From: a virus
Lineage: Duplodnaviria > Caudoviricetes
Reading direction: 5' to 3' (one strand)
Virus record (IMG/VR): IMGVR_UViG_3300033463_000025
Coordinates: 1-64,000 of that record
Length of the DNA stretch: 64,000 nt
Made by a program: the position numbers and the translations under genes. Under the pieces are notes generated by a model. It was given only the letters and a program-made list of their open reading frames with translations. It was not told the DNA's origin and did no database searches. This document shows, piece by piece, positions 57,107-64,000 of the stretch (the stretch's first letter is position 1; each line of letters opens with the position of its first letter).

Positions 57107-60100
57107 TTAATTATCAACTGTAATAATAATTACGTCTTTCCAATATTCTTGATACTTTGTGGCGGTATCTTCAACCAATCTATCAAACTCTTCGTCTGAT
57201 AAATCCTCATATTCGTCTCCCAAACAATAGGCGATATTTTCTTTGAAATCGTCCTCGTCCATCATAACTTCTTCGTTGGTGTATGGCGTTTCACAATCCA
57301 GTATCATGCCAACACTAAAACTAATTGACGAACAATAGGTGTAAGTATAATCAGGGCAAGAGGCATCATAACCTGCCATTACAACAATCGGATAATCAGG
57401 ATGTTTTGCAATAAGTTCTTTTAATTCATCTGTGCTTGTTGTTAAATTAAGCGGAAAGATTTTACGGGCTATCATAGTTTATTCCTCCGATTTGATTTTG
57501 CCAAACTCATAATCGAGTTCTTCATAGCCAATCTTAGAATATGTATCAATAAACCATTTTGGGTCACTACTTATTTCTTCTAATAGCTCATCAATACCCA
57601 TTTTGGTATATTCTTCTGTCAATAAAGCATTTTTGAAAATTGAAGCATAACCTTCCATGTCCTCGAAAACACCAACAGTAATCAGACTATTACGCAGTTT
57701 TGAAAGGTCTTTAACTTCCTTTGAAAACTTATTTAATAAGTCATATAAAAGTGATACGCTTATCCCGTTATTATTTTCACATTCGGTATCAATAAACAAG
57801 AAATTATTTGCTTCATCACAGACGAACCTACAACGCTGGCGAAACGACCAATATGGATATTCACATCTTCTATCTTCAGTCACATAATTACATTGATACC
57901 GTTCTATATATTCATAGAATAAGTTATAAGTTAATCCGTCAATTTTAATTTTGTTAATATCTATCAATTTACAATCACCTCATCCTCAAACTCATCCATA
58001 AACATTCCCCACTTTGTATCTAATGTTCTGCCGTTAATTTCTATAAAGTCAGGATGTGTAATCTCAATCTCATTAAATAGTACATTACACATAAATCCAG
58101 GACGGTCTAACGATTTGCAAAATACCATTCTCCCTCTGGAACTAAAAGATAGAATTTGTATTTTTTCACCATCTTTAAAATCCAAAATGGTAGGGATGCG
58201 CTGAGGTGGCAAATGATATATACCAAAGCAATTTTTCATATCATTCAAATCCTTTTTGCCCAAAATGTTGATATATCTGAGCTTTATCAGCCAGTGTTAT
58301 TTTATAATATACTGTACGGTTGTTAAAATCTAATAACCAGAACGAATCTGGTGCTTGCGTGGAGGCAATAACAACTTTAGGCGTTACACCCTTATGATAT
58401 GAAACATCAAAGTTATTATATATATGCAAATCTTTAGGAGCGCCATCCTCGTCATAGTATTGCACACTTAGCTCAATGTTATTTTTATTACTAATGTAAA
58501 CATAGTAGCTTTTGTCATCTACTATATATGGAGTGAGTTCATATGTTTCTTCAGTAGTAGAGTACACACTATTAATACTGTAAAATATTCCGCTAATTGC
58601 CAACATAATCAGAATTGATACAGTTGCGCCGCCCAAAGCTCCAGCTAAAAAACCAAAACCTCTTTCTCCTTGTTCGTTAAAGAAGAATGTCATAAAAATA
58701 ATTGCAGAAGCGATTGCACATACAGTCACAATTACCCACATAGTTTTTTGTTCGACCTCCCACTCATTGAATATGCCAAATGTATCTTTTTTTAATCCTT
58801 ATGTTTATTTATTTTGAAACAACTCATATGGTATATCATCGTATGGAGAAATAATTGCAACAACATTCTCATCACCATTTTCGTTTTTACTTTCTAACTT
58901 TGTATAGTTGCCACGAATTTGTGACAATTTTATGTTTGCTATTTGAGTAAACGGTTCTATTGTGTTTTTATCAACTCTAATCATTTCAAGACCGCACTCA
59001 TTAACTCCACCGCAAAACCCACCTGGCATATAATTGTTGCGGACAATATAATAAATCCAATCGTTGGGATTACTATACCACGGCTTATCTATCACGATAT
59101 ATCCAACCACATAATCATTATCCTTGATTGAACGTGCCATATATGTATAATCTTCCTGTTTATTATCTTTATCATATTCTAAAACCAAAGTAACCATTTC
59201 TGTAGCCATATCTTATCTCCTATAAATATTGTTATTATTCAAGATTAAAAACATGGATAGTATCATTTTCAATAAGGGATTCTCCAAAATACAATCGACG
59301 CAAATAAAAATGATTATCACATAAAAACCATTTAATTCGGTTATCATCATCGGGTTCTGAAAAAAGAATATCTCCATCGAATCCTCGATAAAAGTTACGA
59401 TTATTCTTACTCAATATTAAACCTTTATCTGAAAATTCAACACCAAATAATATATCAAAATCATTTGATGATTTACCTTCGTATTTTGAAACACAAAGCA
59501 AGCACTCTTTTTCATATATATGTTTTGCACACATATCTTCATTGTGGTATTTCTTGTAATAACAATACTGATTACATTGAGATAAAGCGATACAATTATC
59601 ACAAGTTATTTTCCTATTTTGAATTTGATTTAATATTTCATTAATACGTTTTCTTTTATAAACCTCTTTTATCGGCATACAATTTCACCACAAAATCTTT
59701 TAACCATTTATTATTCTACAACTTCACTTTTGAGATAATCTTTCCAACAATCAAAGCAAGGGAGCGTAAACCTTCCTCTGACGTTAATAAAGCCTTTCTC
59801 AATACGTTCTACAGGACATCCACGTTCATCATGGCATACTTGATGAAAAGCTCTATCTGCGGCATAATCTTCAACAGTCATATTTTGTATGATTTTTTCA
59901 AAGTTAGTCACGATATATACTCCTTATGAAATACCAATTTCATTATCTTAATTACCAATACTGATTGTCTATATAGTCTTTACAATTATAGGCATCAGTC
60001 ATATTATCAAAACCTTCATCTGTAATGTTACACGCTCCGCAATATCCATAACAATTTCGACTTGCCATTATATATTTCTTTACGCCTTCATATTCTGCAT

Positions 60101-60953
60101 ATGTGAGCTTTACGAGAAATGTACCAGAATCCTCTGCACACATAACTCCACCATACCACTTAGAAACGTGCGGTGCATTTTCAATAGAATCAAGAAGAGA
60201 CTGATAGTCTTCAAGCCACTGACGTAGTTGCTTATGTTCTTGACCACATTTAGTACAATCTTCTTTTTCTCGACAATGTTGTATTGCTTCATTAAGAGTC
60301 ATCATAATATTCACCAATACCTATTTAATATTATCATCATACCGTTTAAGAGTACCATCTGAGTTATACAAAGGACATACGCTTATTCCAACCCCACCAC
60401 ACGTTGAGGCTGAATTGTAAACACATAGATATAAGATGCCCGAATCATTATCCATAAAAGTATCAAAACTAAACGCACCATGTTCCTCTTGAGCTACTAT
60501 TGTGTATGTATCTGTTATCGCTTGATTTTGATTTTTAGCCGCATCAACAGTACACGCGGATAAAACAAAAATAAACAGTATCAAAAATCCTATAGCTATA
60601 ATTATTGATAATCTTTGGTTTGAATTAAAACATTCTTTCATATTTTAAGCCTCTATTTATTGCAACAGTTTCATATCTCGCTCATCGTTTTGATGTGCTA
60701 AATCAGAAATGGTTATATAAGCAATATCGTGTTCGTTATTCCCAAACCGAATGATAGCATCATCTGATTTAAAACCAATGATTTTGCCACGCCTGCCGAC
60801 AAAAGAAAATGCAAATGTGCGTTCGGAATTTTTAACAACGGTAACTTTATCACCAATTTTAAATGCACTTTGCCATTCAGCTTTTTCTTTTCTTAATCTT
60901 TCAAACATTGTTTTCCCTCTCAAACACTTCAAAATAAAACTCAAATAGTTCAA
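57107..60953 (-). other. Array of about 10 small co-directional hypothetical ORFs, including membrane protein 58241-58741 and lipoprotein-like 60321-60641
   Basis: Dense minus-strand ORFs with short gaps; no recognisable catalytic motifs. Confidence 0.55.
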
Positions 60954-61311
60954 CAGGCGTTTCGTGGACTTCTATCAAACCATAGCGTTCTCCAATTCCA
61001 AACGTTTTTCTATCTCGCCTAAGTTTAAAAGGAATAGATGTAATGACTTTACGAAACGTATCTATATCATAAGTATCTTTGTACCTATTACAACTTCTAC
61101 AAGAAGGCATTAGGTTATCAAACGTATCAGGTAATTTGTTTTGAAGTTCAGGCTTGACTTCAAAATGATAGACAGGAATTAGGTGGTCAACTTCCATTTC
61201 ATCAAAAGCTATCTCGCATCCGCAATAAGCACAATGACCATGATACTTGTTATATATAGTTACACGTTGTTTTGGCGTTGGTTTGTGACGATTAATCTTT
61301 CGTTGGAACAT
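60901..61311 (-). CDS. HNH endonuclease
   Basis: CAYCG...VDHLIP...NLMPSCRSCN..K. Confidence 0.9.
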   Translation of the reverse strand: MFQRKINRHKPTPKQRVTIYNKYHGHCAYCGCEIAFDEMEVDHLIPVYHFEVKPELQNKLPDTFDNLMPSCRSCNRYKDTYDIDTFRKVITSIPFKLRRDRKTFGIGERYGLIEVHETPVELFEFYFEVFERENNV

Positions 61312-61383
61312 CTTAATCCTCTAATTCATCAATACAGCTTTGTGGTTTAAGCCCTGGTGATAAATCAAAAACATTTTTCATCT

Positions 61384-63565
61384 TTATTCAACACCTAATC
61401 TTTTCTTTAACGATTGTAATTCCGATTCAATCTGTTTGAGCCTTTTATTATTATGTGCAATCCTATCTTTCTTTCTGTTAATCTCGATTATTTCACAAGC
61501 TATTTTTGCAAAATCCACTTCATATGAACAATGACGTAACGATTCTTCCAACAGATGTAATGAATATTTTTCCCAATTTGCGTTCTCGCAACTTCTCCAA
61601 CGATACACTACCTCAAGGCAAAAATTATTTGACATATGTTCGGCAAGATGTTTGACATACTTATTAAACTCTGGCGTTTCTGGCATAAGTTTTGCATTGT
61701 TCAATTCTTCAAGCTCACTGTTTATATTATCTCTTTCAGTTTGCAATTCGCGGATTTTAGACAGAGCTGAATGTTCAAAAGGTTGAACGCAATCAACTGG
61801 ATTTCTCGGTACTTCTACAATCACTGGTAATGTATCTTCTTTTTCCTTCTCCTTCTTCTTCTGTAACCAATTAAACATTAAATAGCCTCCAACTCTTTAA
61901 GGATTGTTTCTCTATCAATATCGGCAAATTTCACAGACGGAGCAATATACATCCAATTACAGACAATCTCTCCACTCATTTTTCGCATCCACATTACAAA
62001 CTTGCCAAGAAATGGTGAATGTGTATATTGATTATTAAACTTAGAAATAAACTCTTTCATTTGTGACGTTGAAACATTATCTGCAAAAATTACATAAAAG
62101 TCTGACTTCCCGTGTCCACAACACGAATAGGCGGTTTCCAGTCCACAGGAATTAAATACATCACAAATCGGAATACACTCTTTATCCATTCTACTTGGAT
62201 ATTCAAAGTGTTTTAAATGAAAATTATCTTTCATTTTCTTTAACCTCACTACTAAGCCATTCATTCCAACATCGTCTACACGCTCTCTTTTTATCTAAAT
62301 AACCGCCATCTTCCCAATAGCAATTAATCATGTCCTCATTAGTTGGACATGAACGAGCAAGTATATCAATTAAATCAAATGGTCTCATAGACATAATCTT
62401 TTGATAATTATTCATAACATCAACCCCTACCAATTCCACTCGTCAATCACAAAGTCATTATCATAAAGACCATAGCATTTAAGCTCTAATAAATGTTTCT
62501 TTTCATCTTTTAATGCAAAAATCATATAATCTGCCTTTCTAATGCTGTCCATCGTATCATAGAAATCAGTCATTATTTTATGACACATTTGATAATCAAT
62601 GTCGATTGTTCTGTTGATTATATCTAAGTAGTTGTATTCGCTAAGTTTATCCATAAGAATAAGAACTTTTTGATATTTAGCTCTTATATCTTCACGCATT
62701 ATTTTTAAAGATTTTTCTAATGCTTGAATTTTATAATCTATCTCTTGCAAACGATTATCGTAATCAAATTTACACATATTCTTAGGTATATTATTATTTT
62801 TTAAAACATCATTTTACATTATAAAAATCATTTGTTATCTCTGTAACATTCTTAAATATAAACCAATCATCAAACGGATTCTTTGATATTAACACTATTT
62901 CTTTTACACCAATGTCAAAGCAATACTCCATTAACTTTCCTATTGAATCATACTCTTTCTCTGATTCAACGATAGTTTTATATAGTTTCCCATGATGTGC
63001 TATTATCGAATCGTTTTTGCTTATCTGATGGCTTGAAATGACTAAACTTCCATCATATGTGAAATACAAATAAGATTTACGATTTCCAAATTTTCCCAAA
63101 ATTGTAAATTTTTCATTTCGAGGTATTACTCTTAAATAGCAATTTCTTTTTGAATCAAACATCTTCTTCTACCTCTTTACAATATCTATATTCGGCAACT
63201 AAATCCTGTGCAATTTTGGCGGCGTGGTCTTCATCTTTAGCCATAACATAAACACCGTATCTACCATTTTTATAACGCTCAACTTCATTAAACACTGATA
63301 CATAATCACCAGTATAATAATCATCCACATAGTCAAAATGACCCTGTGCATCAAAAGCAACAGAATAAACTTTACAACCGCTATTTGCTAAATCTGCTTC
63401 GGTAGTGAATTTATCGGTATCATACACCTGTATTCTTGCTCTGGTGCTTTCAAAACTGTCATCGGTAAATAACTTTCGCAATCCTTCAGCTTTAACTTCA
63501 TCAGTAGCTACAGCGCAAATGTGGTAATCAGAATAGCAACCCTGCGTAATGACATATACTTTCAT
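61384..63565 (-). other. Further small hypothetical early ORFs (61384-61878, 62224-62439, 62427-62777, 62809-63162, 63155-63565)
   Basis: Packed minus-strand ORFs. Confidence 0.5.
61878..62264 (-). CDS. Hypothetical protein with a TYW3-like N-terminal motif
   Basis: MD..CI.I...FN..G.ET.YSCCGH. Confidence 0.35.
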   Translation of the reverse strand: MNGLVVRLKKMKDNFHLKHFEYPSRMDKECIPICDVFNSCGLETAYSCCGHGKSDFYVIFADNVSTSQMKEFISKFNNQYTHSPFLGKFVMWMRKMSGEIVCNWMYIAPSVKFADIDRETILKELEAI

Positions 63566-63678
63566 GGTTATAGCTCGCTTTCGTTTGTCTATTGTATTAT
63601 GTTATAAAATATAGAAAAAGGTAGGTTACTCGTTATACCATCAATATAGTTTTCACCTACCGTTTTCTTACACTATTG

Positions 63679-63707
63679 ATTATACTATATTTTACAGCGT
63701 TTGTCAA
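63679..63707 (-). promoter_or_regulatory. Consensus sigma-A promoter
   Basis: TTGACA-17 nt-TATAAT on the minus strand. Confidence 0.8.
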
Positions 63708-63736
63708 TAGTTCTATAATATTATATTGTAATTATT

Positions 63737-64000
63737 TTATACAACCTGAGTCACAGTATCAAACGCTTCTATACCGACGCTCTCAACCACGGTGTCAATT
63801 AATTCAAGAAGCACATCTTTCTCATTTGGCGTATCGTCATACATAACGCAATTCAAAAGATATTTCAAAGCGTTCCCTATTTGTTCACCTTCAAAGCCTT
63901 TTTCTTTCAGCTCTTCCCCACTGACAGCAAGCGCATCAATCGTATGAGGATTATTCATCTCGCCCAAAAGATGCTCTACAATACAGCCAGCGAACGCCAT
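63737..64000 (-). CDS. C-terminus of a CCA-adding/poly(A) polymerase-like protein (truncated by the window edge)
   Basis: LAVSG.EL...G..G.QIG..L..LL..V....PN.K..LL. Confidence 0.6.
   Translation of the reverse strand: MAFAGCIVEHLLGEMNNPHTIDALAVSGEELKEKGFEGEQIGNALKYLLNCVMYDDTPNEKDVLLELIDTVVESVGIEAFDTVTQVV

Noticed and set aside
676-60948. Many short opposite-strand or nested ORFs in the ORF track (e.g. 676-912, 7132-7431, 27568-27771, 32690-33073, 41717-42181)
   Set aside because: They are shadows of long genuine genes, with no RBS or recognisable motifs
1-64000. A second DGR target (additional VR)
   Set aside because: No other copy of CTGCGCTCCCCG or GGCGTTCGCCCG was noticed by eye; a BLAST of the TR against the whole genome is needed to exclude remote targets

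Overview
A 64-kb segment of a large temperate siphophage of an anaerobic Firmicute (Clostridia-like host inferred from strong AGGAGG RBSs, sigma-A promoters, a class III RNR and a ChW-type endolysin). It has two converging arms. The + strand (1-32.6 kb) is the late arm: the end of a tyrosine recombinase; a tape-measure gene split by a 1670-nt group IA intron (2225-3894) that carries two ORFs, one an HNH endonuclease; Dit/Tal-like tail genes; a multi-repeat fibre with an SGNH esterase; a lysis cassette; and a second fibre module ending in a complete diversity-generating retroelement (2455-aa target, VR 27569-27703, tandem double Avd, TR 28657-28788, RT). A two-gene surface-protein cassette follows. 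The - strand (32.6-64 kb) is the early arm: integrase, an intact attP with five arm-type sites around a full tRNA-Cys, xis, nucleotide metabolism (dUTPase, FTR-like protein, nrdG, nrdD, NrdH-like, DHFR, thyA), replication/recombination (dnaE, Cas4/RecB-like nuclease, primase, dnaB, SSB, SSAP) and many small ORFs. The most unusual items are the tandem-Avd DGR with a codon-length VR/TR difference, two stand-alone degenerate terminase-ATPase fragments in the early arm, an inverted-repeat-flanked antisense micro-ORF, and the two-ORF intron with a non-canonical splice-site pair. All family assignments come from motifs recognised by eye; no database searches were run.
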